Source: Spirogloea muscicola (lineage: Eukaryota). Taken from it: a DNA stretch of 62,924 bases. Below, in pieces: positions 38,601-51,755 of this stretch. The stretch spans positions 729,677 through 792,600 of the forward strand of contig WELB01000026.1 of NCBI GenBank assembly GCA_009602725.1, written 5' to 3'. The notes under the pieces were generated by a model that ran no database searches, was not told where the DNA came from, and saw only the letters and a program-made list of their open reading frames with translations. The position numbers were made by a program, and so were the translations under genes. Numbering within the stretch: position 1 is the first letter of the stretch; every line of letters begins with the position of its first letter.

Positions 38601-41600
38601 GGGTCCTTGGACTTGGATCGCAGGCCATCCAGCTCCACTGCCGAGGTCTGCTGGGCCCCATGCTTGTAGCAGCCGCTACTCGCCTCCGCCCTCTCACTGG
38701 CGAGCTCCAGACGGGGGTCCCGGGACTTGGGTCGCTGCCTGTCCTGCTCTGCTGCTGGCCGCTGCTGAGCATCAGGCCTGCTGCCAGCCGTTTCTCCTTC
38801 GCCTGCGAGCTCCAGCCGGGGCCTCTTGGCCGCCTGCTGGCCATCAGTGGGGCCGCTCCTCCACTCTTCTCTGGCATCGCTGGGCTTCACGTCCTCAGCC
38901 GCTTCGGGGGCCAGACTGTGCACACCAGCTATCCTGGTGCTTGCAGCAGCTATCCTGGTGCTTGCAGATGTCAACGATTCGTGACCACGGATCAAGGTGG
39001 CAGCAGCGAAATTCTGCTCTGGCATCATGTAAAGGGGCCTGTCCAGCACAGCCACTGGCAGAGCAGCGTGCATCCCGCCATCTTGAATGCTCGGCGGAGG
39101 CTGCAGTGTCGGCTGTGATGGCACTGGTGGTCGCTGGATGGGCTTGGGAGCTGCGGCAGAGTACAGGAGGAAGGCCGCTTCTGGTACTGCAGCCGCCGGC
39201 AAGAGTGGCGGCGGCAGCGGCGGAGGCGGCTGGACTGGTCCATGAGCAGGGACAGAGTCGAAGGCGGCCCGGCTGGCTACTGGCTGGAGCTGCTGCCAGT
39301 CGTACTCGGCCAGGCCGGTCGGCGATGCCGCCTCCTCCCCGCTCTGAGGCAGGGCCCATGCAGCAGGAGAGGCTTGCACGCGCAGCGGCGATGGAGGGCG
39401 CCACACGGCTCCACCGTCGATGTACGCTGAGTCAGGCCTAGCTCGGCCAGAAGCAAAAGGCAAGCTCAGATAGACGCCAGAGTTGACGACCGCTTGAGGG
39501 CGGCCTGCCTGCCTGCGCGCATAGGCGTAGGCGGCAGCTGCTAGCGCCGCTGTGTCCGAAGCATCGGCCTGATTGGCATTGGTATCAATGCCATGTCGCA
39601 GGCCACCATCACCCTCAGCTTTGGCATTGATCTCTTGACTGAGCGGTCGCACGTCGATTGCCGGCAGCTGCAGCTTCGCCTGCTGCTGCCATGAATCTGC
39701 CTTGCCACCGGTACTGTCTCCGGCAACCTTGGCGCGCTCCTTGGTTGTCGACCACCCTTGCAGCATGGCACTCACCTACGCAGAACAGCCAGCAACACGA
39801 CCTCGCAAGCAAAGTCAAGAGAAGGCCGCTACTTTGTCCAGCACAACCATGAGCAGTCGACAAAGCAGCTCAATAAGGTTAAGGGTTTAGGGTTTGAAGT
39901 TTAGGGCTTAAGGGTATGGGATTTAGGTTTTAGTTGAGCCCTCTTCAAGTACAGATAAGACCCTCGTCTTGTTCACACTAATGACCTGATTGTCCACTAG
40001 GCTGCGCAAACACCGCACTGGGCCCACTTGATTCATTGTAACATTCTACTCAAGGAGAGGATCCTGACAGACAACATCTAGCCACAACTGCTAGGGAGGG
40101 GCTGCGCCACCACAACACCTCTTGCGCCTGCTTCTTTGTGAAGAGCTTGCCTGGGCTTCCGCTGGCCAACTCCAGGAGGCTGCTCATTCAATAGCATGCG
40201 GAGATTCTGTGTCAGCTCACAAGCGCCACCAATAAGAGAGAATTGGGGCTGCAAGCCTCTGGACTTGGCTCTCACTGACAAGCTGTTTGCCCAAAGACTT
40301 ACAACTGGAAGAAGCGTTGATCATGAACCAACACCTAGTTGTTGCCGCGCTGCCATGATTGCTTGACCCTGCTCAACTACCGTAAAAGTCAGTCGCAGGA
40401 AGCACCTGGAGAGTGCCTTGGGGTCATCATGCAGCTGCTCCTTCCCGGCGGCGGTGTTGGCGACCTGGGTGCCCATGCTGCGTGCGCTTATTGTGCTGCA
40501 GCAACATGAGGCTCACCCTGAATCCAGAACCCTATACCATAACCTTCACTAATGAACTCTCGGAGCACATCCTGGATGCAGTCCAATCAGTTGGTTGGTC
40601 AGGGAGGTGCATAACCCTCACTGCAAAGGCAGCCCGGATGCCTGCAAATGCCTGGCGCGAGACAGCGACGACCTTGTCGGGCACGTCCCCCTGCATCGGC
40701 TCCTTGGCATCCGGGAAGAGCAGGCCCAGGGCCACCTTGAGCGCCGTTAAGGCCTGCTGCAGCTGCCGGCAGACCTCCACCAACGCCCTGCGCGCCCCCC
40801 CCCTCATCAGGGTCAGCAATGGCTCCTGTATCCAGAGGATGGTGAAGCTAACCCCTGCCTATCATACTGAAGGACCCTAAACCCTAAACCCCTCAAACCC
40901 ATATCTTGAACTCTAATCTCCTGGGACCTCATTGGCTGGATCTGACGCAGCCAAGCAATTGCGTTCGAGCTTAGGCTCAGATCACAAGTAGCAAACTCTG
41001 CCTCACTTCTGAGCGTCCTTGATGCTGGTCGAGCGGACGGCGTCGGCGGCAGCCTGCACCAGCTTAGCCACCTCCAACGGCCGGGCCTCCTCCTGCGCCG
41101 TCACCTCCTCATCTGTCTGATGGCGCTCAGCCTTCTGCCAGGAAATATCTGCCAAAGGCGGCGGTTCTCTGCCGCCCTCATCGTCCCGCTCTCTCTGCCT
41201 GCTACCACCCAAATTGACTCCGTTCGGTATTGCCTCGTGCTTGACGTCATGCCGGTGACTGCGGCGATACTGGATGCTGGAGGGCCTTTGCCTGTCATCA
41301 AAACTGGAGTTTGATTCAAAGCTCCGCCAGCCATAGGCGCTGCGACCTCTGTCCCCATGCCAGTCCTGCACCGAGCGGCTGTGGGCCGGGCTCAGATTCG
41401 GCTCCTTGCGCAACGAGGCTGGAGTCAGCGGCTCCTCGCTCCATGCGGCCTCTCGTAGCAGAGGGGGGCTCCTGTGAGAGCTCGGAGCACTGGCGCTGCT
41501 GCCATCGTCGACGTCGTCGGCGGCGTCCTCGATCTCGCCCTCCTCCAGCTCGCCTTCCTCCCTCTCCTCCACCAACTCGCCAGCACAGCCATGGCCGGCC

Positions 41601-42097
41601 TTCGCGCCAGAGGCGGCGGGCAGCGCCTCGCAGTCGACGGCTGACGACGCTCTGTCCTGTGAGTCGGGCCCTCGCTCCGCACGCCCGCCATCGCCCAGAG
41701 CCTCGCCCTTGACAGCACGCGCCCAGGCCTCGTTGTACAGTTTCTCCGACCGGGCCGCACGGGGACTGGCGGCGACGACCAGAGGCCGCTGAGCTAGACG
41801 TGACGCGGCCGCTGCGGGGTCATGATAACTATCTCGGCTTTGCCAATGGCTCAGCAGGCTCTCGTCCGCGCCGTCAGCACAAGGCGGCAATGGCGGCGAA
41901 GGCTGCGGTGGCGGCGGCCAGCGGGGCCCGCGGTCGTAGCAAGGTTCAAAGCGGCCACTGGGAGGACGGCCTTCAACGGCGTCTCCCACTACCGGAGACG
42001 GACCAGGGTACTGCAGCGCGTGGCGCCGCCAGCCTCTCCCGGCGTCCTGCGAGGCAGCGATGAAGTAACCGCCGCTGCCAGTGGCCCAGGGCTCCAT
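35671..42097 (-). CDS. CPL3: RNA polymerase II CTD phosphatase-like, FCP1/CPL3 type (FCPH plus BRCT)
   Basis: Long N-terminus with EREEGELEEGEI and KSRDPRL/KSKDPRL. Catalytic region LVLVLDLDHTLLNSAK (DxDxT), WTKLRPG, YELHVYTMGNRAYATEMARLLDP, KDLDGVLGMESAVLIVDDS and ERYIFFPSSRRQFGL. BRCT VTHVVANSLGTEK|VRWALATGKFVVRPAW|IEASAILYRRADE. Stop at 35671. Confidence 0.93.
39877..39933. repeat. Degenerate interstitial (TTTAGGG)n array in a CPL3 intron
   Basis: GGTTAAGGGTTTAGGGTTTGAAGTTTAGGGCTTAAGGGTATGGGATTTAGGTTTTAG. Confidence 0.75.
40874..40900. repeat. Interstitial (CCCTAAA)n array in CPL3 intron 1
   Basis: ACCCTAAACCCTAAACCCCTCAAACCC. Confidence 0.7.
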
Positions 42098-42357
42098 GGG
42101 GGCTCCTCATGGCTCGCGGCGCACCATGCAGGCGCACGATGCCGCGCGGCGCGGCCTTCTGGCGGTCCCGGCGCTCATTCGCGACGGGCTCGCCACGGCT
42201 TCCGAGCGTCACAGGCGGCGTCGGAAGGCCCCCGGGCTCGCACGATCGTCCGCCCTCCCGGCAGCTCGCGCACCTGCGCCGGCACAGGCTCCGGGGGCGT
42301 CCAGAGGGACGCTTTCCCGGCGGCGGCGGCGGCGGCGGCGGCGGCGCTGGCGGCGGC

Positions 42358-42417
<60 letters not shown>

Positions 42418-42590
42418 NGGCGGCTGCGGCGGCTGCTGCGGCGGCGGCGGCGGCGGCGGAGGCGGCGGCGGTCGGGGGAAGGGAACAATTTGATGGATGA
42501 TTTGGGAGCTTGAAAGAATTTGGCCATTTGGCAGATACTTATGTGACCGTCTGCGGCGTCCCAGACAGCCACAATCTGTGTCAGTCTCAG

Positions 42591-45488
42591 ACGGCCCCGG
42601 CAAGGCGTACCTCGTGGGAGCCCGAGTGCCGCCGCCGCCGCCGCCGCCGGCGCCGCCGCCGGCGAGCCGGAGCCGCGGTTCATAGAGGAGGCCGCCGTGG
42701 CGGCGGAGCCGGAGGCGGAGGAGGAGGAGGGGGGGGGGGAGGAGGAGGCGGAGGAGGAGCAGTACGCGGTCGACGAGCCCGTGGACGTCGCCGTCCTGTG
42801 CTGCGTGCTCGGCCAGCAGTCGTCACCGCCCGGCGACCGCTGCATCTGGCGCCGCGTCGCGCTGCCGTCCGACTCCAACCTCCTCGAGCTCCACGTAGCG
42901 CTGCAGGTCACGCCGCATTCGCCGCTGCCTTTCGTCTGGAGGGCCTCCAGCGATTGCTCTGACGATTGGCAGCAGGAGCTAAGAGCGCCCAAGCTCGGCA
43001 GCCTCGCTCGCTCTCAGCATACAGGAGCGTGACGTTCTCGTTGACGGCCGTCAGCTGGAGGCGGCTGCCATCTTCTTGTGGGGATACCTCTTGCATGCAC
43101 CTTCGTACGCTCGCCTGAAGGCTCGAATGCAGATGCAGAGGTTGAGTACGCTGCGCTAAGTCCACCATCTAAGTCTGACGACGCCTGCGGCGGCACGTGC
43201 TCATGCAGAACGCGTTTGACTTCGAGGACACCCACTTGCACGAGTTCCGGCAGTCTAAGAAGGCCAGCGGCAGCGTCCCGCGTTACCAGGGCTTTGGCCG
43301 TACGGACCTCTCCAAGCTGCCGGCGGCCGACACCGACAGCGCCAATGAGGACGACATCCGCACGTTCCAGGTCTCAGCTGCATGCCTTGGACCGTGAATG
43401 ACAAGGAGCCTTGCAGCAAGCCGGGTGCATTCGTTTGTTTTAAAATCGTGGACTTTTGCACAGGTCCTATGCTCCTGATTTTACTCATAATAGTCAGTCA
43501 CTCCGAGTACAATGGCAGGCCTTTTCCAGGGGCAAAAGACAGCATTGCAATCAGTTATGCATTCGCGAGCACGCTCTTGGGTTGCTTGCAGGAAAACATC
43601 TTTCTCAACTGGCCTGACGCTGTGCAACAATATCTGTTGGCTTGCATTGCAGCTGGTGGTTGGCATCCCCGACGCTGCAGGCGACGACTACTTGACGCCT
43701 GCAAGTGACGCTGATGAGGCCAATGTCTTTGTGCAGCACTCGCATCCCCACCAAGAGGCTCTGCCTATTGGCCCCGACTCTGTGGACAAGCTCGCGTTTG
43801 CATCCAAACCCAAGCAGGTGAAGACTTGCTTCTTGCACCAAGGAATGTAGCCATCTTGTTGTTTGAGTCTGTCCATAGAGATATTGATTGTAACTTGGTA
43901 TTACTGACCTGCTATATGATGGCCACATTGAAGTAGTTGGTGGTAGTGGGACAAACATAAGGAGTGATTATTGCAAAGCCCAAGCAGGCCTCAAAGCGTT
44001 GCAAGGCAAAGAACGAGGCCAAAAGGTAACTAACCAACCAAGCCAACAGGGCCAAGATTTCCAAGAGGACTAGGGGGGTCAGGGCCTTGGCCCTGGCCCC
44101 GGACCTTTTCGAGTCTTGGCCCCGTGGGCTTGGTTGGCTTGCTCCCTTTTGGCTCCATTGGAGGTGCCTTGGCCACGTTCTTTCCTTGCGGAACTCTGAC
44201 GCCTCGTGCTTAGGCTTGGTAAAGATTATCTGTAACATCATACAATTTTGGACACTGAGGACGTCTGTCCAGACAACCTCCCAAAAAGCCTTCCACCCCA
44301 GATGACACTTGATCAGGGTGTCGATGTGGAAGATGGGAGCCTTCTGGAGTGCCGATGCACCTGACGCGGACCCTCTGCAATATCAAGAGCACTGAGATCT
44401 GTGAAAGTGGAGATGCTGGTGCAGGTGCTGGATGAGAGGGCTTTCAGGGTCTCCGACGTTCTCAATTCCGCCAACCCTGTCCTCATCTACGAGTACGACT
44501 TTGGCGTGAGCCACGAGATCTCCATCTTCTGGGAGGGCGAGTTCTCGTCCACAGAGGGCATCGATTACCCAACTTGCCTGGCAGGAGCTGGCGCTAGCCG
44601 CGCCGAGGATGGCAATGACACGGACGACACGGGCAACCTGCTTGACAGCTATGACTATGACGAGTTTGCCGTAATCGAGGTGAGGCGTGACTCTTAAGCA
44701 TTGTTCGTCAATCAAGGCATTTCCCTGTGTTGACACTGACCCAGTACCTTGAATGCAGTGTTGCTATCTGACCCGTGCTGGGCAAGCTCGAATCATTTCC
44801 TCCTGTTGACCTGCCAGTCGCTCTGAGTCAACCGTGATCAAGTGCTCAAAAGTCAACTAGGGCGAAATAGGATCAAATTGCTGTTAGTCCTACCAGTCGC
44901 TCTGAGTCATTGTCAATCAACAATTCAAATGAGAAGCTCTACAAGAGAGCAATCTCGTCTTCAACAGCGGCAGTCTCTATTGTTTTCGAAGCAGTTTTCC
45001 ACTTTCTGAGCAGGTTCTGCGCAACTTCGAGAAGACATACCAAGGGCTGTGGCCTGCCGGCCCTGGCGCAGTAAACAAGACGGAGGCCCTCCGCTGCTAT
45101 ATGTGCAGGTGATCCACCTGCACATATAGCCACACCAAGCTAATCCAGAGAGTTGCGACCACGACATTGGCTGCGGCATACGGCTTAGACCAGCCAAACG
45201 GAAAAGAATAGCCTATTATTTTCCACTTTGACAGGCTCTATGTCATTGTTGGACCGTAGGTACACCAAAGAGTGCTCCCGACGTCGGCGGTGCTCCGGGG
45301 ACTGCTGCACCTTCTGCCTCAAGTCGATACTGGCCGTGAGCGCCGGCACCGTCGCGCTCGACGAGGCAGATGCAGCATTTAACGAGGCAGCGGCTCGCGT
45401 GCACGAGGCCCGCCGGCAGTGGGTGGAGGAGGGCCGCTGCACGTGGGTCGAGCGCGACGGCCAACCTTGCAACTGCAAGGAGGAGTGA
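42591..45488 (+). CDS. Plasmid pRiA4b ORF-3-like domain protein with acidic N-terminus and Cys-rich C-terminus; start codon not resolved
   Basis: In-frame GT-AG exons at 42591-42906, 43209-43370, 43653-43817, 44425-44679, 45014-45108 and 45260-45488. Translation: IWRRVALPSDSNLLELHVALQ|NAFDFEDTHLHEF ... DERAFRVSDVL..LIYEYDFGVSHEISI..YPTCLAGAGASRAED. This matches the pRiA4b ORF3 pattern IWRR-x-VP..L..LH..IQ..F.W...HLHEF / Y.YDFG / YP.C..G....PPED. Confidence 0.75.
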
Positions 45489-46057
45489 CGGCGCAAGATC
45501 CTGCTCTGCCGCTTATGCTGCATGCGCCATGCAATTCTCAGATTTTGCACTCGGTCCCCCTTCTGCGAGGACCTGCACTTCACAAAGAGGTTGAGGCACT
45601 CAGCCCAAGCGAGGCCTCCCCTCCACATCACTTTTGACACTCTTAGTAGACACACTGGCGTCTTGCTGCAATGCTTTGCAAAGGCGTCTGCCACTGTGCC
45701 CGACTCCTTCATAAGCCCGCAGCCTGCAGCCTTCACCTATGGCCCATGCTTCCAATGCGCAGGTGCATATACTTGCACGATTTAGCACTAGCTCGTACAA
45801 TCTCTTCGTGTCGTCATTTTTCGGGCGTCTATGAAGAGCAATTGTGCTAACATGCTTTTCTGTTTGGAGATTGCATTGCAGCAAGCATTTCCTAGCATAG
45901 AAAATTTGCCAACACAGGAAGTGAGAAGGTAAAGTGCTTGAGCTCTGCACCACTTCAGCAGGCCTAACAATGTGGAGAATTGTGCGGTAAACTCCTAGAT
46001 CACGGGCTCTTCGTTCTACATCCTTATAAGGTGCATATCGAACACATCAAGGAAAGT

Positions 46058-46130
46058 GGAAGCAGGAGTCAGGCAAGAGATGCCAGGATGGCGGAAGCAG
46101 GAGTCAGGCAAGAGATTCCAGGATGGCGGA
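46058..46130. repeat. 35-bp tandem duplication in the helicase 3' region
   Basis: GGAAGCAGGAGTCAGGCAAGAGATKCCAGGATGGC occurs twice (46058-46092, 46093-46127) with one mismatch. Confidence 0.9.
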
Positions 46131-46237
46131 GAACGCCAACAGTCCATAAGAGTTTGTTTACACAAAGTGGGACCGCACCACTGCACGGCGCGACCAAGAC
46201 GTTGTCTTCTACTCTCTGAGGCGGCCGCCACGCCTGA

Positions 46238-49200
46238 CTACCTCCCTCTGCTGCGTCCGCGGTAGCCGCCACCCCTGCCGGGGCTGAAGCCGTTGCTGCT
46301 GCCGCCACCGCTGCCGTGGCCGCCGCTGAACCCTCCCCGATTGCGACTTCCCCCTCCGTAGCCGCTGCCACTTCCCCCGTAGCCACCCCTGTCAATCAGC
46401 AGAATGAGCAGCCCAATGAAGTCCAGGGACGTCGCGCAAGCAAGACAATGCTCAGGAAGGTAAGCAATCCAAATGGCTCAGGCACGTTGACCAATGGCAC
46501 CAAGGACAAATTATTGTCGCAGTATATGAGCACCAGAGCGAGGCCCATGCCCAATGACAACTCGTGCAAAGGAGACGCTTGGCTGCCCATGGCGGCAAAT
46601 GACTTGTGCAAAGCAGAAGCTTGGCTGCCCATGGGGGCAATTGACTTTCATATGGCTCAAGCTCAGCATGGCAACAGGAAGTACGGCGCTGTTGCTGAAC
46701 CCTACAGTACGATAGCCATTTGGCACAGACTGACCAGACATCTCTTTGTCAAACCGGCTTGAAGGCTTACCCGTTGGAAGAGTCGAAGGCTGGCTTGATC
46801 TGCAAGAGTGGGAGCGAGGCGGCGACCTCAAGGGTCACCGCCGTTTTCCTTCCTGCCTCGTCGCCTTCGGCTACATCCCTCTCATGGCCTGCTTAATCAC
46901 CACATAACAGCATTCTGTCCGTGAGAGCCAACTCATAGCAACTGGCGAGTAAATGACCTGACCCCTCGTGCTCCTTGATTTAGATGATCCCACACCCACA
47001 TGGGCACATCCTCAGATCACATTTGAGGCTTCAGTGGAAGCTGGGCGAGGAGATTGGGTTAATGGGAAGGCTGCAATGATGGGGAAGCATATTCACTTAC
47101 ATATTAAGCTACTTACGCGCAAAAACCCACCAAACTTTATAAGTCTTCACACTCACAGAAGACCCCACAGAAGGTGCCGCAGACCAGCAACGAGAGCAGC
47201 ACAAAGCAGAATGGAAGGGCCTAGGTGTGTTGGCAGAGTTGATGAAAGCTCGCATCATATGACCTTCTGGAAGGAGGCTAGCATGGCAGGAAGATGCAGA
47301 GGCACTCACTTGTAACAAACTGCTCAGCCTGGGCAGAGGGCACATCAAACACCGCACCCATGCCGTCCTGCGTCAGCGTCATGCGCCGCACCTCTGCAAC
47401 TGCCGCCTCTGGCATCGTTCGGCGCAGGTAGTTGAAAACATAACTGCAGGTTCGAAGCATGGGAGCCATGTCAACAAGGTGAAAGTAGCAGTCATGGATG
47501 TGCAAAGGCATCAGTGGCTGGTAATATATCATTTCACATTAGGATAACAAGCAAGCAAGCAAGCAAGCGAGCAATCAGAAATATTAGTGACGACTTTTGG
47601 CCCTTCAATATTGCAACAGCTATCAGAGAGATAGAGTGGCCAACTACGTACAGCATAGGGGCTGTCCCTTTCTGTGAAGGAAGGAAACAAAGAGGAAGGC
47701 CAGCACTGACTGACAGGCACTCACGACGGCGTGCGGATGGTTGTGTCGGCCTGAAAGTGAAGGGTGGTAGCATCATTGTGCGCCGTAAGCAGGGAGCACG
47801 GCTTCACCTCCGTGTGCCCCTGGACAGACAAAATAGTCATTTGGCATTGTTTTGCATAAGCAGGGGTTCTTTGGGTGAGCATGAGGAGAGTTGCCAGAGA
47901 CTGGGCGACTCGGCACCAGTAGCATGCGGCCAGCTAGTAAGGCAACCATGCACTAAGTCCTTGACCCACTCCAGCAAGCAAGGCGTAGCGCTTGCCATCT
48001 CCCAGACATGACAACAGCAAGAAGCTGGATTTTGTGGCAAAAGGAGAGGGTCAAGCAGCGGCTTTGGTAACTATAGTAGCCTTGATGGCCTTGGCATCGT
48101 CGACTACTGACCGTAATTTTGGCGAGCGCCTTGGCGAGGGCGTCAATGGCAGGTAAGCCCGAGTCCAGCAGCTCCTGTGCGGCGCCGCGGAAGAGGGGCA
48201 GCACACTGCAAGTGTACGGCCAGATTTATAAGCGCAAGTAAGTACCGAGGCTCGCCAAAGAAGCTGAGAAAGGCTTCTCAACAAGCCACGCCTTAAGTGG
48301 TATTGCCGAATCGTTTAGTCTTCAGATCAGCTTAGCAGGCTCGAGACTAAGGTTCTTGCTGCCTCACGTGTCGGAGACTGCCCGCACGGAGTCAAGGGCC
48401 GCGGACGAGGAGGCACGCGCGATGTCGCCGGGCTGAGGCACCGCGATGCGCTCAAAAGCAAACCCGGCCTTTCGTTCAATTGTGCCGATCATGTACTCCT
48501 TCTTGGGACCGTACATCATCACCGAGATGCCAGTTTTGCCTGGTAGGCAACGGCCAGAAAGTCAGTACACAGTGCTGCAAGGTTCTAAAGTGTATAAGGT
48601 TCTAAAGTATAAGCCAACTTAAGACAGAGAAGAACCTTATAAGACGGAACTGACTAAGAGCCCAATGAGTTGCAGCCTAGCTCAGCTTCTCATTTGTGGA
48701 AGTCCAACCTGAACCAATATGCACTCTACGCACACAGTAACATGGATGTAGCACTCAACAGCTGCTTGGAGGTGCTTAGTCCTCTCCTCCAGCTGCCATT
48801 AGATCAGAGGATGAAGCCTTACCAGCTCTCCCGGTGCGGCCAGAGCGGTGGATGTACGTCTCCTCATTCCTTGGTGGCTCGACCTGCGCTCCAGAAGCTC
48901 ACAGCCAGCAGGCCTTGCAGTTCTCAGCATGCAGGAGAGTTGCAACACTGGAGCTTGCCGCCAACGCGAGTGCATGCTGCGCGGGCTCTTGGAAAGGCCT
49001 CAACTCACAGGTGCAGCAGAATGTTTCACATCGAGTGATCTGATTCTTGGCGGTATCTCAGGGCGAAGGCAAGCAAAGAACCTGGATGACCAGCTGAACA
49101 TCGTTGATGTCCAGGCCGCGAGCTGCAACGTCCGTGGCCACAAGCGTCCCGAACTTGCCGCCACGAAAGCCTGCCAGCGTCACCTGCGGAGCGCGTGCCG

Positions 49201-51755
49201 CGTACCAGAGGTGATGAATCGGCTGCTCAGGCGGCAGGACTGTGACCATACCTGCAGTGCTGTTAACATTCTTGGAGGTCATGAATTTGATAATTCAGTT
49301 AAGAAATAGATTCTCGGATTCTCCGTCCAGTGGCAAGAGAGGGGGATGAGAGAGGATGAGAGAGGGGGTGCGCATCGCTGCTGCAAGTCGCCAGCTGTGG
49401 CATCGTACCTCGCGCTGCGACTGAGCAATATCACCGTGAAGGCACTGCGCGCCCTCCAGCTCATTGGCCAGCGCCGTAGCGTCGTTCTTTGTCTCCGTGA
49501 AGACGATCGTCCGCCCTCCTCTGCCGCCGTCCGCGCCAGTGCCGCCACCCAGAGGCAGCTGTCAGCTTGGGCTCTGAGTGACAGGACGACGAGCGGCAAG
49601 GAGTAGGAGTAGGAGAGACGCCCCAACGCACTTGCTGTAGCAGCGGATGACGGCCGAGGCAACGTGCGCGCGCTGCGACCAGTGGCAACTGAGCAGCAGG
49701 TGCCGCACGTTCTTGCTGGCTTTCATGCGCTCGTCACCCACCAGGTCCACAGTGCGCCTGTCTTTCTTCAGAAAACGCATCGAGATCTGCGTGTGGCCAT
49801 GAGATGGAGCAGCGCTCCTTGTCACGAGGTCAGTGAGAGTGCTAAGATTAAGGCTAAACTGGGAGCACTAATGTGAATGGCATGTGCAAGGTTTTGTGTA
49901 GAGAAGTGGCTTCGAAAAGCTTGATGATGCAGATTGGCGATCCAATGCAGGACCAGGTCAAGGAGTACAAGAACGCCCACCTCCTCAACCCACTTGGGCA
50001 TGGTCGCACTGAAGAGCAGCGTCTGCACGCTGGCAGCATCCTCGACGGCGCCTGCACAGCAGGCAGCGCGCAGCAAGGACAACGCCAACCAACAACCATT
50101 GGTCGTCAGCTAAATATCGCAGCGACGTCATTACAGGTGCTTGCAGTAAAGGGGCGAAGGGGTTGTGAGGATTCGGGATTCTGGAGGAGAGGGAGAGAGT
50201 GGGGCTTAGCAGCTGGATATGCTGGCCAAACCTCCCTCGGTTACTCAAGGCTGCAGACCCTAACCCGTACCCTAATTGTAACCTGGGGAAATTACATTGA
50301 ATCGTTGCATTGACCTCTTGCCTTTGCGTATGATCCTGAGATCCTGATCTAACGTAGACTCAAGACAGACTCTATATCCTGTGTTTTACAGCCATTGCCC
50401 CCATGGAAGGAGCTTCTCATTCATCTTGGTGCCGCAAAGCAGCTCGAAAGAGGGAGATTCATATGGTGGCATGGCAGGGGCCGGGACGGAACGACAAGCG
50501 ATAGACATCAAGCAAGCACGGTGCGGCAACGAGCAGCTCACCGAGGATGGTCTCCACGTCCTCGACGAAGCCCATGTTGAGCATCTCGTCGGCCTCGTCC
50601 AGGACGCGCACGCGCAGCTTGCCCAGCTTCAGGTTGCCGCGCTCCAGGTGGTCCTGCCCCGCAGTTATTAGACTCAGCAGTCAATACCCCACTTTGCAGC
50701 TGAGGAGCAGAGCGGCGGCGGCGGTGGGGCGGCGCGGCCGCTGCAGACCTTGATGCGGCCAGGCGTGCCGACAACGATGTCGACGCCGCGGCGGAGGAGG
50801 CTCTCCTGCGGACCCATGGGCGCGCCGCCGTACACGCACGCCGTGGCCAGCCCGGCGACGTCGCCGATGGAGGCGAAGTCGGCGGCCACCTGCTTGGCGA
50901 GCTCGCGTGTCGGCACGAGGACGATCACGCTGGGCGGCCGCCCGTACAGCCGGCGCTTCTGCTCGCCGTTGGTGGCGGCAGAGGCGTCGCGGATGCGCTC
51001 GATGACAGGGAGCACAAAGGCCAGCGTCTTGCCCTGCAGCATCATCAAAACAGGAATCAACAGAATGTCAGATACTGACGCTATCATAGGTAAATAACCC
51101 ACATATTGAGATTGGCTAACATTGTGCGTACTGGCTGGTCAAGGCAGGGCCTCGACGGGGCCTCGAGTTCTCAATGGATTGTCAAAGCTGGCGAAGTTGA
51201 GGCTTTGCGAACAAGAGGAATCTAAGGCCTCTGAGGAGGCGAAGGAGGCAGATCTGCGGCCACGGCTCAGAGGTCAAGGGTTCAATTCGTGCCGAGTGCA
51301 GACCTGGCCAGTGCGTGCTCGGCCGACGAGGTCGTGGCCGCCGTGCACGGCGGCGAAGGTCTGCGCCTGGATGGGGAAGAGGCTGCGGATGCCCTTGTCG
51401 GCCAGCCGCCGCGCCACGTCGTCGGAGATGGCGAAGTTGGCCACCGCCAGCGGGTCGCCGCCGCCGCCGGCCTCGCCGCCATTGGCCTCGGCGGCAGGCG
51501 CTGCGGCCGCCGATGCCGCCGCGCTCTCTTTGGCCTTCTTCGGAATCTTCTTCTCCGACGTCTCCACCACGGCGGCGACGGCGGCGGCGGCGGGCGCGTC
51601 GCCCTCGCTCTTCCTCCGCCTCTTCTTTGGCAGGTCCGCGGGGGCGGCGGCGGCGGCGGCAGCCAGGGGCGGCGATCCCGCAAGCTTGGCAGCCGCCTTG
51701 CGCTTCTTCGTCGCTATGCCGGCATCGGCCGCCTTCCCCGCCGCCGCCGCCGCCG
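46238..51755 (-). CDS. RH7: DEAD-box RNA helicase RH7/DDX21 type with GUCT domain and Gly/Arg-rich tail; start in gap
   Basis: Motifs [82 protein letters not shown] and [11 protein letters not shown], after a Lys-rich N-terminus. The last exon reads [20 protein letters not shown] with TAG at 46238-46240. Confidence 0.95.

Noticed and set aside
42359..42418. Poly-T run plus single N between (GGC)n tracts
   Set aside because: Same artefact pattern at a contig join; it probably hides the true start of the pRiA4b-like gene.
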